IMG/VR virus record: IMGVR_UViG_3300029179_000020
Span: 1 to 30,464 of that record
Strand: one strand, 5' to 3'
Source of the DNA: a virus
Taxonomy: Duplodnaviria > Caudoviricetes
DNA length: 30,464 nucleotides
The notes beneath the pieces were generated by a model. The model ran no database searches. It was not told the origin of the DNA and saw nothing but the letters and a program-made list of their open reading frames with translations. The translations under genes and the position numbers were made by a program. Of the stretch, positions 9,134-18,726 are shown one piece after another; position 1 is the stretch's first letter; each line of letters begins with the position of its first letter.

Positions 9134-9241
9134 AATCTTTAATCCTTAGTTTTATTGTGAACTACAAAATACTTTGTACATGGTTTCTAACTAATTTTCT
9201 TTGCTAGAATAGTAATGACACGTTAGCGACATGTATTTTAT

Positions 9242-9511
9242 ATGAGACCAATGCTTAGCCTCAAGGGCTATAAAAACAATGCTTGTACCTTTCTAAATTA
9301 TACCCAGATACGCCAGTCCATAACGTTTGCGGCTTGGCAGTGCGATTGTGGGCGTATTTTTGAAGCCAGAGTTAACGCTATCCGCACTGGAAACACCAAA
9401 AGTTGTGGATGTCGACGCAAACAAAACAGTGGGCGACGCAAGAAAAATTTCAGTAATTTCACTGAGGACAAACCATCTAGCGACATATATATATATATAT
9501 TAGAGGAGTAG
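9242..9511 (+). pseudogene. N-terminal fragment of an HNH endonuclease family protein
   Basis: WQCDCG...TKSCGC matches the N-term of 22981..23613; no HNH core; 3' end runs into the next promoter. Confidence 0.6.
9449..9501 (+). promoter_or_regulatory. Palindromic-operator promoter (TCAGT-N6-ACTGA) with (AT)8 in the -10 region
   Basis: Perfect 5-bp inverted repeat with the same spacing as the other four copies. Confidence 0.55.
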
Positions 9512-9530
9512 TAAACAGAGAAGTACAACA

Positions 9531-9629
9531 ATGACAGCCGAAATTAAAGCCATCTTAATTGACTCCTGCAAGACCATGATTTCTGTACACAACAGACAAA
9601 TCCTTTTACTTGAGGAAGAGATGACTTAA
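9531..9629 (+). CDS. Small hypothetical protein, 32 aa (MTAEIKAILIDSCK...)
   Basis: Not in the ORF track; directly downstream of the promoter. Confidence 0.45.
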   Translation: MTAEIKAILIDSCKTMISVHNRQILLLEEEMT

Positions 9630-9722
9630 GGTTGGACATCAAAGACATTAAATTTGACCTCCACACGAAGCCCGCTTAGAGCGTTACCAGAGTCTGTAAG
9701 AAAATTAAATATTAAGGATACT

Positions 9723-9751
9723 AGCGACACTAAACATGTCGCTTTTATTTT
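9723..9751 (+). terminator. AGCGAC-family terminator
   Basis: AGCGACACTAAACATGTCGCT plus TTTTATTTT between convergent genes. Confidence 0.8.
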
Positions 9752-9753
9752 GC

Positions 9754-10191
9754 CTACACAAAATCGTTATTATCAACGGGGTAGTTAGTTTGTCTTCCGA
9801 TGGGGTTGTGTGTTCCGCGAGCACTGTTGAATCTTATGGCGTTAAAACCTCTTGCGTACCTGTAAGCGTTAACTTGTTGGTCAATTGTTTTTGTAATGCG
9901 CTCGAAATCTTCTGTAATATATGTCCTTGTCCTAAATGAGTCCAAAAAATAGCGAGCAATAATGGCGATAGTTCTCTTGCTGCTGGCACATATGACCGCA
10001 ACAGCACCCGTTGGCGCAACCGTTAGCAAATTATTGAAATACTCGTTTGCATCATCAATAGCTAGTTGCACTCTGGCAGCATTTATAGTGATGGCTGAGG
10101 GGTCATCAAGATTGCTAAGCTCCAAGATTTCTCGGCTTGTGAACATTAATTCAAGGTCTGCAACTGTTGGAACCGTGTAATTGTAAGGCAT
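9754..10191 (-). CDS. Head-tail connector, Mu gp36-like (DUF1320)
   Basis: Y..TVADL...EILELSN...IN.ARVQLAIDDA...IARYFL; AAAGTA box at 10218-10223. Confidence 0.75.
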   Translation of the reverse strand: MPYNYTVPTVADLELMFTSREILELSNLDDPSAITINAARVQLAIDDANEYFNNLLTVAPTGAVAVICASSKRTIAIIARYFLDSFRTRTYITEDFERITKTIDQQVNAYRYARGFNAIRFNSARGTHNPIGRQTNYPVDNNDFV

Positions 10192-10247
10192 TTGACAAAA
10201 GCAAGCTAATTATGCTTTACTTTGTTTGTTGTTTAACAGAAAACCCT

Positions 10248-10796
10248 ATGTACTATAGTAACGATACAACACCATTGGATTTTGCCGTAACGGCACGTAC
10301 GCACTTGAGGGCTGAGGCTAGAATCCTTCGGGAAATAACATCCAAGGAACACTCTATGACTCCACGCTACAGGGCAGCGGCAGAAGCTCTCAAATCTGTT
10401 GAGGCTGATATTGCTAACATCAATACGAGCGCATTAAAAAATACGTCGAGAGTTAGCGACACCTTTAGCGACATAAAGTTCAGTGGTACTACGGATGTTT
10501 TCCCTGTGCTAAAAGGCTATAGTATAAGAGTAGAGAGTTTCACAGGAGAAACCGAGATGAAGTTACGCACGCCCGCAATGCCAGAGTCAATCCAAGAGTG
10601 GTTAGCCACAGACACAATCGATATGTACGATTGGTTAATTGATGAGGCTGTAGCCATCTTAAAGGCTGAGTCACCCATCGTTGCTGACTGCTCTGACGAA
10701 GAGTTTGATGCAGATCTAAGAGCGAAGGTTGCCAAGGCTAAGGAAGTGGCTAAATGTCCGCTACTGCGCTACGGATATATAGACTACGACGCATAG
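10248..10796 (+). CDS. Hypothetical protein (start uncertain: ATG 10248 or TTG 10275)
   Basis: Long open frame followed by a terminator; the track's 10167 start overlaps the divergent gene. Confidence 0.6.
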   Translation: MYYSNDTTPLDFAVTARTHLRAEARILREITSKEHSMTPRYRAAAEALKSVEADIANINTSALKNTSRVSDTFSDIKFSGTTDVFPVLKGYSIRVESFTGETEMKLRTPAMPESIQEWLATDTIDMYDWLIDEAVAILKAESPIVADCSDEEFDADLRAKVAKAKEVAKCPLLRYGYIDYDA

Positions 10797-10802
10797 ATAA
10801 GC

Positions 10803-10835
10803 AAGCAAGGTTACACTAGCCTTGCTTTATTTTTT
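10803..10835 (+). terminator. Intrinsic terminator
   Basis: AAGCAAGG-N9-CCTTGCTT plus T-run; related hairpin at 22955-22973. Confidence 0.75.
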
Positions 10836-10896
10836 GTCTACTTTCTAAAGATTTTTCTATATGGTTGGGATGTCGATACAGCCTTTAACACACCTA

Positions 10897-11511
10897 TCAA
10901 GGTTTTCTAGGCTGTCTTCCTTTTTTCAAATTCGCTGAGGCTAGAACTAGAGCTAGCTCAGCGTTTTTTGTGTGGTAGGCTTGCCAGCTAGCTGTTAAAC
11001 GCAAGTCTTTAAAGGCATAAACGTTAGTAGCGACACTATTTAAATCTATATTATTTTCTTTACACCAGTCATCAACTAAGTCAGCAAAAGCCAGTCCAAT
11101 ATGATCAACATGGGTCTTGTTCCCCGCCAAAGGCTTACCTGATAGCGGACATCTCCAATCTTGCGTAAGTGTTTTAGCTCTCTGCTTGCGGTAGTTATCA
11201 ATATCAGCCTTGACCATATGTCGCATCGCCCCTAGAGCTTTTTCTCGGTTTGTTTGCACTTTGCCACTGAGTTTAGATTTCGTTAGTGGAACCATTTTAC
11301 CGTTAACGTGAGCATTTATAAGCTTACAACTATAGCGACCGCAGCTTGAGGACTCTACGGAAAAGTGTGTCGCTGTTAAACTGATAGCGACGTAGGCAGA
11401 AGTAGAGCGCAATACTCCACGAACAAAAGCAGATGCGGTCTCATTGAGCCTTATGCCACAGCTATGGGTTTTAATAATATTGCTCCAACGTTTGCCTTCT
11501 TCAGCGTTCAT
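10897..11511 (-). CDS. DCL/DUF3223-like protein with HNH-like C-terminus (putative nuclease)
   Basis: CPLSG...THVDH...FADLV...WQAYH...L.L...ANL pattern; AAAGTA box at 11556-11561. Confidence 0.55.
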   Translation of the reverse strand: MNAEEGKRWSNIIKTHSCGIRLNETASAFVRGVLRSTSAYVAISLTATHFSVESSSCGRYSCKLINAHVNGKMVPLTKSKLSGKVQTNREKALGAMRHMVKADIDNYRKQRAKTLTQDWRCPLSGKPLAGNKTHVDHIGLAFADLVDDWCKENNIDLNSVATNVYAFKDLRLTASWQAYHTKNAELALVLASANLKKGRQPRKP

Positions 11512-11570
11512 AGTACAAATGTCTTGCGACGTATTAGTGACACTAGGTGTTTTACTACTTTTCTGCGGGC

Positions 11571-11628
11571 AAAATAAAAACGCCCTGAGTAAAAACCCAA
11601 GACGTTAACAGGAGAAACAATGACTCTT
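11571..11628 (-). ncRNA. Candidate ~58-nt sRNA with anti-RBS seed
   Basis: TGcTATAAT (11643-11635), seed GAGUCAUUGUUUCUCCUG, terminator hairpin plus U-run. Confidence 0.55.
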
Positions 11629-11643
11629 ATATATATTATAGCA

Positions 11644-11988
11644 CTAGAAGCTAGAGGATAGCAAGCTAGCGTAAATAATACGTGCGTGCACATCTAAGTC
11701 CGCAATGCTTTTAGCGAGTGGCGTACCCGTAGGTAAGCTTTCGGAATCTCTGGCAACCTGCAAAACACTGATGAAAGTCTCTAGTGTCAAGTTGCTCTCG
11801 TAGTCCAACAGATACAAACGGCTATAGGCATCGGCTTGAGCCAACAGTATGGGTCTGTAAACGTTAGCGACATTAAGGGTAGCGATTGCGTTTGCCAACT
11901 CAGGTTGAATTAGAAGTTGATAATCCAACAAGGTTTCATTATAGGCAGCTTTTTGGATGTTTGTTAAGTCAGTAGCGGAAATAGGCAT
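11644..11988 (-). CDS. Hypothetical late protein (114 aa)
   Basis: AAAGTA box at 12031-12036; directly downstream of the tape measure gene. Confidence 0.6.
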   Translation of the reverse strand: MPISATDLTNIQKAAYNETLLDYQLLIQPELANAIATLNVANVYRPILLAQADAYSRLYLLDYESNLTLETFISVLQVARDSESLPTGTPLAKSIADLDVHARIIYASLLSSSF

Positions 11989-12038
11989 AGGGTGGTTTGT
12001 ATATACAGTTTACACGTCGCTATCGTGATTTACTTTTG

Positions 12039-15000
12039 TCACTCGCCTTGAAGTCTGCGGGCAGCACGAGCGCCATTGTTGCTAGGGAAGTTGTTCGTTA
12101 CATTGGTTACGTTCGTGTTAGCTGGCTTGTTGTTGCCACTCGTGAGCGCATCACGTATTTGCTCAAGAGTTTTAGTATTGAGTTCAGACGTTTGTTGTTG
12201 AGAGTTTTGCGCCGCTAACGTAGGAGGTTGCAAGTTAGCAGCACCCGTGGGACTAGCACCCAGGTCTTGTATCTGTGTTACGCTTGTGGCAAACTTAGAT
12301 GAACCCAAGCTAGCGGTTGTTCTATTGAGTGCGCGGGTTGTTTCTACCTTAGCCGCTAGTTTATCAAACTCCGCCTGCAAACCAAACTCACGGCTATCTG
12401 TTAAGCCACTCTTGCCTTGCAATATGACTTTGCCTTCAACAACGTTCCCGCCTAACTCTTGAATTCTCTTTACTAAGTCCTGAAGCGGCTTGGCATCACG
12501 GTCGATATTTTGTTGGCTACGGGTTACGGCTTCCTCTAGCCTATCTGCTACGCGCTCAAAGCCTTCGGTAAAAGCTTTTACAATCGTACCGTCGTCCCGA
12601 ATTGTTACGGTTGCACCACCGCCACTGCCTACGAAAACTCCGGGGCTTGCTCCTTGACCACTTTGATTTCCACCATTGGCTTCACTATTAGCTAATCTAG
12701 CGTCACGCTCCTGGCTCTGAGCATTAGCAATTGCTTGCTCACGTGTTGCGGCTTGATTGTTAGCTAGCGACGCTTTTTCTAGCTTATTTATTTTTTCTTG
12801 TTGCTTGGCTTTGCGTTCTAAAAACTGTTGCTGTTTTGCTTGCTCGTTGCTTATTTCGCTATTGACTTCAAGCTGCTGGTCAATGCCCTCAAGCTGAAGT
12901 TCTTTTTCCTTGCTTGATAAGTTTTTATCGGCACTAATGCTAGCTTTTTTAGCTTTAAGTTCTGCTGCGGATGCTTTGGTCTCAAGCTGACTAATGCGCA
13001 ACGCAATCTGCTCTTGCTCAATTGCAAGATTTGTCTTTTGCTGCTCAAGTTCCACACTTTGCCTCTCAAGCTCAAGCTTCGTCAGCGTCGCATTTAACGT
13101 TGCTTGGATTTGCTCTCGCTGAGCCGCAAGCAATTGGTTCGCAGCATCAATGTTCGTTACGCCGCTAGCGCCTAGTTCTGCTAATTGGTTCGCAGCCTCA
13201 ACACTACCACTTGCGGCTTTTTGCTGTAGACCTACTACCTCTTGTGCTAGCGACACTTGTATTCCCGCTCTTGCAACTTGCAAATCTGCTTGTGACTCAA
13301 TAAGGCGATTAATAGATGATTGCAAACTAGATTGCAACTCTAATTCTTTCGTAACCTGCTGACGTGCGCGCAACTCAGCCTCAAAAGGTTGTTTAGCACG
13401 AGCGCTTGAGAGGTTGCGCTCTAGTTCCTCAAGCTTCTGCTGCTGGGCAATAATTTGTTGTCGAACATTTAGCTCTTGCTCCAGGGCTGATTTTGTCTCA
13501 TTGATGATTTGAACTCGCAATGAGGCTTTTCTATCCGCTAGTTGTTGCTTCTCTGCCAAGGTTGCGGGAGATAGTTTCTCCAGTTGCGCTAGCTCATTTT
13601 TAGCATTTTCTATTCTCTTCTGTGACTGGGCAATGGTAGCTTCCGTTAGCTTTACTTGGGCTTCAGACTGTGACAGCGCCCCTTTGTTAACGAGTTCCTG
13701 TAGTTTCAACTGGCTACTAGCGGTAGATGCTTCCAGATTTTGCTGAGCCTTCTTAACCTTAAGGTCAACATCTGCTAGACTTTGGCTGAAGCGCAAACTC
13801 CCTAGCTTAGCATTGGCGCTATCGATCTCTGCGTTTAATTTATCAAGTTCTCCTTTTTCCTTACTGAAGTCCAACCCATTTGCTTGCTTGAAGTTCAAAC
13901 TCTCTTGTGTAAGCCTTGCCTGGTCTTCGAGTTTCTTAAGTTCCGCAACCTGAGCATTAACGGCTCCTTGCTCCGAACTAATTTTACCACGAGCCACAAG
14001 AGCGTCATTAACGGCTTTCTCTACCTCAAGTACGCTATTAAGTTTTTCCGATTCTTCCGACCTCAATTTTTGCGCTTCCTCAAACGCAGCAATACGAATC
14101 TCTCGCTTTGCTACCTCCGATTTGCTAACGGCATCTAAGTCCGCAATTGCTTGCTCACGGGTAATAAGCCCCAGTTCTTTTGCTTTCTTGATTTGGTCAA
14201 CGTAGGCTTGGGTGGCGGTGTCGAAAGTGTTTTCGTTGCCAGTACCACGTTCGTTAACAGTGTTAAAAGCCTGCCGCGAAGCATTAAGCTCCTTAAGTGT
14301 TTCATCAAGTGCGTTAGCTTCCTTATTTAAGTCCTTGAAATCGACGCTGAAATCATCTCCTATGTTTCTGCCTGTCAGCTTTTGATATTGCGCCTCAAGT
14401 TTAGCTTTCTCAGCCGCAAGCTGATTTAGCTTTTGACTTCTGTCAAGATTTTCTCTGTCTCCAAAAGCTCTAGATTTCTCTACCTGATTATAAGCGTCTT
14501 CAATTCCTTTGTAACCGTCCACAAGAGAATTTAATGCTGCCTTGTTTTTTGGGTCAACACTTAAAGCCTCACTAGCTTTATCTGCCAAGCCTTCGGATGC
14601 ATCCGCAAGCGCACCTATGGAGTCACGGATTTCATCATAGCCTTGAACAACCGCGTCACTGTTTTGAGGATTAATAACGAGGTCAACTGCTAGTTTCGTA
14701 CCATTCAAGGCAGCTTGGATTAAAGGGTTTTCTAACAGGGGTTGAATCGCTTTGTTGAACGTGTTTAGAAGCGTACTCCCCAGAGGCTCAAAGATTTTCC
14801 CTATGAATTTGCCAACTTCAACGATAATGCCTCGTGTAAAATTCAAATAGTTATTCAGTGCCGTGAAAGCCCCTGTGATAAAACGCAGTGACACTACGGT
14901 AATGCCCGCAACCCCTTTGAACGCAGTGGTTACAATTGGTATTAGCGGCGTTAGCTGTGTTTTTAATACCTGCGCTAGAGACACAACCAAATCAAAAGCA

Positions 15001-15872
15001 GTTTTAAAAGCCGTTGTTAAACCGCTTTGTATATCGCCTTCATTGTTTTGCAGAATAGTGTAAAATTCGTTCAATGCGTCCGTAATGGGTTTGAGAGCAT
15101 CCTCGCCCGCAACACGCGTTATTCTCTGGAAGAAATCCGTAATGTTGCTGCTAACACCTGTTAAGCTATCTGCCGCGAGTGCGTTTGCTTCACGAAAAGA
15201 TGCTAACTTTTCTTGCAAGAAATCGATGTATTCACCTTGGGCTTTTTTCTGAGCTACGACACCTTTATCTAAGCCAAGCGATTGAGAAAGCAAAGCATCA
15301 GGGTTGTTAACGTCGCCCGACAGCAATGCTCTGGCTTCCTGCGCTATCTGGTCTCGTCCTAGTCCCAAAGCCCCCGCTGCCGCTACGATATCTGCCGTAA
15401 TGTCCTTAGCCGCATCCAGTGTGGATTTTTTGCTTTGCCCCTGAATGTCACCGATGTTGCGCAGTACGATGTTGAAAGCCGCATTTACGTCTTCGGTTGT
15501 AACACCGACCAACTGCTGCGTATCTTTCTCTAACTCCTTGATCGTGTCTTTGAGCAAACCCCTCGTGCTCTCTAGTTTCTCACGTAAATCCGTGACTTTA
15601 TTACCGTATAGGTCAAAGACGTTTACATTATTTGCCAGCAGTCCTTGCGACGCAAGCAATTGTTGATTGAGAGCTTCGTTGCTTTGTACAAACACTCCAA
15701 AGATTTGATTAAGCAAGCTAAATACCCCTTGCGCGGCACCTGCGGCTGCGTTTAGTTTCTTTAGCTGTTCCTCTGACGCACCCAATTCCACTCCAAGCAA
15801 ATTGAGTGTCCCGATTGTTTGCCCCAGAGCGCCTTGCCCAAAGCTTAGGAGAGATGGAAGTACGAAAGCCAT
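12039..15872 (-). CDS. Tail tape measure protein
   Basis: 1277 aa, A/Q/E/L/K-rich helical; SLTGVSSNITD followed by an amphipathic repeat zone; AAAGTA box at 15906-15911. Confidence 0.85.
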   Translation of the reverse strand: MAFVLPSLLSFGQGALGQTIGTLNLLGVELGASEEQLKKLNAAAGAAQGVFSLLNQIFGVFVQSNEALNQQLLASQGLLANNVNVFDLYGNKVTDLREKLESTRGLLKDTIKELEKDTQQLVGVTTEDVNAAFNIVLRNIGDIQGQSKKSTLDAAKDITADIVAAAGALGLGRDQIAQEARALLSGDVNNPDALLSQSLGLDKGVVAQKKAQGEYIDFLQEKLASFREANALAADSLTGVSSNITDFFQRITRVAGEDALKPITDALNEFYTILQNNEGDIQSGLTTAFKTAFDLVVSLAQVLKTQLTPLIPIVTTAFKGVAGITVVSLRFITGAFTALNNYLNFTRGIIVEVGKFIGKIFEPLGSTLLNTFNKAIQPLLENPLIQAALNGTKLAVDLVINPQNSDAVVQGYDEIRDSIGALADASEGLADKASEALSVDPKNKAALNSLVDGYKGIEDAYNQVEKSRAFGDRENLDRSQKLNQLAAEKAKLEAQYQKLTGRNIGDDFSVDFKDLNKEANALDETLKELNASRQAFNTVNERGTGNENTFDTATQAYVDQIKKAKELGLITREQAIADLDAVSKSEVAKREIRIAAFEEAQKLRSEESEKLNSVLEVEKAVNDALVARGKISSEQGAVNAQVAELKKLEDQARLTQESLNFKQANGLDFSKEKGELDKLNAEIDSANAKLGSLRFSQSLADVDLKVKKAQQNLEASTASSQLKLQELVNKGALSQSEAQVKLTEATIAQSQKRIENAKNELAQLEKLSPATLAEKQQLADRKASLRVQIINETKSALEQELNVRQQIIAQQQKLEELERNLSSARAKQPFEAELRARQQVTKELELQSSLQSSINRLIESQADLQVARAGIQVSLAQEVVGLQQKAASGSVEAANQLAELGASGVTNIDAANQLLAAQREQIQATLNATLTKLELERQSVELEQQKTNLAIEQEQIALRISQLETKASAAELKAKKASISADKNLSSKEKELQLEGIDQQLEVNSEISNEQAKQQQFLERKAKQQEKINKLEKASLANNQAATREQAIANAQSQERDARLANSEANGGNQSGQGASPGVFVGSGGGATVTIRDDGTIVKAFTEGFERVADRLEEAVTRSQQNIDRDAKPLQDLVKRIQELGGNVVEGKVILQGKSGLTDSREFGLQAEFDKLAAKVETTRALNRTTASLGSSKFATSVTQIQDLGASPTGAANLQPPTLAAQNSQQQTSELNTKTLEQIRDALTSGNNKPANTNVTNVTNNFPSNNGARAARRLQGE

Positions 15873-15921
15873 ATGCGGTGATTACTTCTTGTGCTAAAGT
15901 TACCTTACTTTGTTTGTAAAC

Positions 15922-15966
15922 TTCAGTAGTACCACGGATGACCTAAAGCAAAATAAACGTTATCTT
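15922..15966 (+). promoter_or_regulatory. Palindromic-operator promoter (TTCAGTA-N4-CACGGATG-N20-TATCTT)
   Basis: Motif match; back-to-back with the tape measure AAAGTA box. Confidence 0.7.
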
Positions 15967-15996
15967 ATAAATATAGAAACACACGGAGAAACAACC

Positions 15997-16218
15997 ATGA
16001 ACGCACTACAAATCACCAACCAACTCATGACCGCAGAAACCATGTTCAATAGTGAAGCCCACAGTGATGCTGCTTTTGAACTATATGAAAACGCCTTAGA
16101 GCAAGTAAACGACAGCAACAGATTGCAAGTTGCTCGCTTGCTTAAGTTTAAAGGTTCCGCAATTGAAGTTATGTCCTCTTGCGATTCACTAATTTACGAG
16201 GCTCCAACCAATGCTTGA
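15997..16218 (+). CDS. Small hypothetical protein, 73 aa (MNALQITNQL...)
   Basis: RBS GGAG before ATG 15997; downstream of the promoter. Confidence 0.7.
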   Translation: MNALQITNQLMTAETMFNSEAHSDAAFELYENALEQVNDSNRLQVARLLKFKGSAIEVMSSCDSLIYEAPTNA

Positions 16219-16297
16219 GACACTGTTTGCCATAGCCGTGGGCGCAACCGTTAGCTTATCCGCTGGTGAGATTGCGTACTACTTAATAAGAAAGTAA
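16211..16297 (+). CDS. 28-aa hydrophobic peptide MLETLFAIAVGATVSLSAGEIAYYLIRK
   Basis: Overlaps the upstream stop; ends just before a terminator hairpin. Confidence 0.5.
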   Translation: MLETLFAIAVGATVSLSAGEIAYYLIRK

Positions 16298-16305
16298 AGT
16301 ACAAT

Positions 16306-16332
16306 AGCGACGTGTTTACTACATACGTCGCT
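16306..16332 (+). terminator. AGCGAC-family hairpin
   Basis: AGCGACGTGT...ATACGTCGCT. Confidence 0.65.
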
Positions 16333-16371
16333 TTAATCTAAAGCCTTGTTTTCACTTTAGAGATAAACTAA

Positions 16372-16986
16372 ATGTCTATTTTCTTTCAAAGCGATTCTAA
16401 TTCAGATTTTCTTGGCAACGGCTACAACATGCGCAGTGCCTTGATTAATAACAACACCGTCAGTATCCAAACAGACATCACGTGGCAACAACAGTACAAG
16501 ATTAAGAATATTTTGTTACGCGATACTAATACAGACATCTGGTACGGAGCGCGCTTTGAGTTTGGTTACAACGGTAAGGAAAACTTTGGTTTCTGGAGCA
16601 ATGTTAACCCCTTCGCAAGCACAGCTGCTAAACAAAATGGGTTGAAACACAAGGCGATACTCGCGAAGGATAACAACCAACCAACGCAATACTTTAACGA
16701 GTTTAAACTAACTAAGCAGTCCGTAAAGCTGGGTAACGTATATGCTCATAAAGGGTACCACGGAGGGATTGAGGTAGATATAGACGGGTTAGCAAAACTG
16801 CTTGATACTTCTGACTTTGAAGTCGTCATTAGCCCAGATTGCTTCAACGACGTTATCGTCCTCCACACAACCAAGTTTGTAGAGCCACCCCAAGGTCAGC
16901 CAAAGGAGGCACCTGAACCAGGCTTAGCACTAGGGTTGATTTGTATTGCTTGCTTGTGCGCTATTGCTAAGAAACTAAGTAAATAA
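16372..16986 (+). CDS. PEP-CTERM-like sorting-domain protein
   Basis: C-term APEP, hydrophobic helix GLALGLICIACLCAIA, basic KKLSK; no clear N-terminal signal peptide. Confidence 0.65.
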   Translation: MSIFFQSDSNSDFLGNGYNMRSALINNNTVSIQTDITWQQQYKIKNILLRDTNTDIWYGARFEFGYNGKENFGFWSNVNPFASTAAKQNGLKHKAILAKDNNQPTQYFNEFKLTKQSVKLGNVYAHKGYHGGIEVDIDGLAKLLDTSDFEVVISPDCFNDVIVLHTTKFVEPPQGQPKEAPEPGLALGLICIACLCAIAKKLSK

Positions 16987-16993
16987 AAACGTA

Positions 16994-17023
16994 AGCGACG
17001 CGGTACAAATGTATCACGTCGCT
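16994..17023. terminator. AGCGAC-family hairpin between convergent genes
   Basis: AGCGACGCGGTACA-AA-TGTATCACGTCGCT. Confidence 0.75.
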
Positions 17024-17034
17024 CTTGATCAGAC

Positions 17035-17054
17035 TGTGTGTGTGTGTGTGTGTG
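17035..17054. repeat. (TG)10 microsatellite
   Basis: Read directly; abuts the stop of 17055..17324. Confidence 0.95.
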
Positions 17055-17324
17055 TTACTGAGCCAAGTGCTTAGCAACCAAGCCATCGCGCAATTGCCAC
17101 AGTGCTTGGGCTGCTTGCAGGTAGGGCTTTAGCAAATCGTTATCGAAAGCCGCAACATCTTTGTAGCCAACTGTTAGGTCAATTTGTCGTAAGCCGTGGA
17201 TGCTTCCGTCTTTTTTGTCTATATACTCCAAGAACGTGATATCTATAGCGCCACCGTAGCTAATCTTTGCAGACTCCATACGAAGCTTAGAGAAGTTTGT
17301 AAGTAGTTCAATCATATTATCCAA
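17055..17324 (-). CDS. Hypothetical protein, possible tail fiber chaperone
   Basis: Overlaps the stop of the fiber gene (translational coupling). Confidence 0.55.
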   Translation of the reverse strand: MDNMIELLTNFSKLRMESAKISYGGAIDITFLEYIDKKDGSIHGLRQIDLTVGYKDVAAFDNDLLKPYLQAAQALWQLRDGLVAKHLAQ

Positions 17325-18726
17325 TCTCCGTAATTGATACTTGTGTTAAGGCGAATGGTGAAACGTTACTGGAAGCTAAGATGTTGAGTGAGTTAGCTGT
17401 GGTAATTTGGAACTTAATTGTTCCGTTGACCGCGGTATTGTTCACCACAAATCCGTTAGCCATGACCGATGTCCCAGTCGAATCTGTGATCCCAATCGCG
17501 CAAACAGTAGGAGCAGTTCCACTGGACATGACAGGTACAATCATTGCAGACGATGCGTTGGTTCCAGTGTTAGTTGTTACGTGGATATCAACTTTGTAAA
17601 AACCCGCTCGAGGTAAAGTAAAAACTCCTGTTCCTGTATTTAAGGAAATTGAAGCCGTACTCCCCGTTACGTTAGTTGCGGCAACGTTCCAAATAATATC
17701 GGTCGCAGTGTTTGCCGCGATTGCTTGGGCGGAGGTTCCACGTTCAGACCTTACACTGGCAGCTTGAGGTTTTTTTACAAACCCTTCCATGCTAATGGTT
17801 TTGGAGGAAGACCCCACTGTTACTTGTCCGGTTCCCACGGCTCCGAGGGATGTAACACCAGTACCACCAGCGGAAATCGAGACAGCACCGTTAACCGCAG
17901 GCAATATATTGACCGCACCAGAGGAGTTTAAACCAATTTCAGTATTTCCAGACGCTCCCGCACTTAATCTAAGAGTACCAGAAGTCATACCGAAACCGAC
18001 GGTGGTAGTGCCTGTACTCGTGCCTGTTAATGCTACTGCCCCCGCACCCGTTGGCTGGATCGTAATAGTACCAGAGGAGGTAGAGCCAATAGTTGTAGCA
18101 CCTGTGCCTGTCCCAGAGACGAACACAGTAGAGTTACCATTTGCGGGGGCAATATTAATGTTACCTGTGGAGTTAACCCCTATGTTTGTAGCATTTGCGC
18201 CCGTAGGTGACAAAGTCAGGTTGCCAGACTGAGCCTGTATCGTGAGCGTCCCGCTAGAGGTGTTAATAAGAGCACCCCCGGTTTGAGAAAACGTCATGAT
18301 GCCAGCAGGGTTAGAAGCTGAGGACGTGAAGGTAAAGCGTGTCGCGGCGTTGTTTACTGCCGTCCCACTAGCTGCACCACCGTTTGGGATGTTAAATAAG
18401 ATTGACCCTACGGCGTTACCTCTGGAGTTTCCTGTAGAAAGTGTTACGTTACCTGCGGCAATGTTAGTCCCCGTACCCGAAGACCCCGCAGTAACGCTAT
18501 AGTTAACGCCGGCTGTGTTAGCAGCTTGGATGCCAAAGTTACATGCGACTTGGGTTGCTTGGGTAGCGGGAAAGGATATACCTGTTGCGTTAAGTACCGC
18601 AAGCGTCGCGCTGTTTCGCACAAGCCTAACATCAACCGCATCGAGCGTTCCCAACAAGTTAGTGGAACCATCAACCAACCCACGGTCGCCTGTAAAACCC
18701 CACGTAGGATAGAAAAAACTGCTCAT
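17317..18726 (-). CDS. Tail fiber / receptor-binding protein
   Basis: G/T/S/A-rich beta repeats; C-term TGVFTLPRAGFYKV (C1q-like head pattern). Confidence 0.7.
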   Translation of the reverse strand: MSSFFYPTWGFTGDRGLVDGSTNLLGTLDAVDVRLVRNSATLAVLNATGISFPATQATQVACNFGIQAANTAGVNYSVTAGSSGTGTNIAAGNVTLSTGNSRGNAVGSILFNIPNGGAASGTAVNNAATRFTFTSSASNPAGIMTFSQTGGALINTSSGTLTIQAQSGNLTLSPTGANATNIGVNSTGNINIAPANGNSTVFVSGTGTGATTIGSTSSGTITIQPTGAGAVALTGTSTGTTTVGFGMTSGTLRLSAGASGNTEIGLNSSGAVNILPAVNGAVSISAGGTGVTSLGAVGTGQVTVGSSSKTISMEGFVKKPQAASVRSERGTSAQAIAANTATDIIWNVAATNVTGSTASISLNTGTGVFTLPRAGFYKVDIHVTTNTGTNASSAMIVPVMSSGTAPTVCAIGITDSTGTSVMANGFVVNNTAVNGTIKFQITTANSLNILASSNVSPFALTQVSITEIG

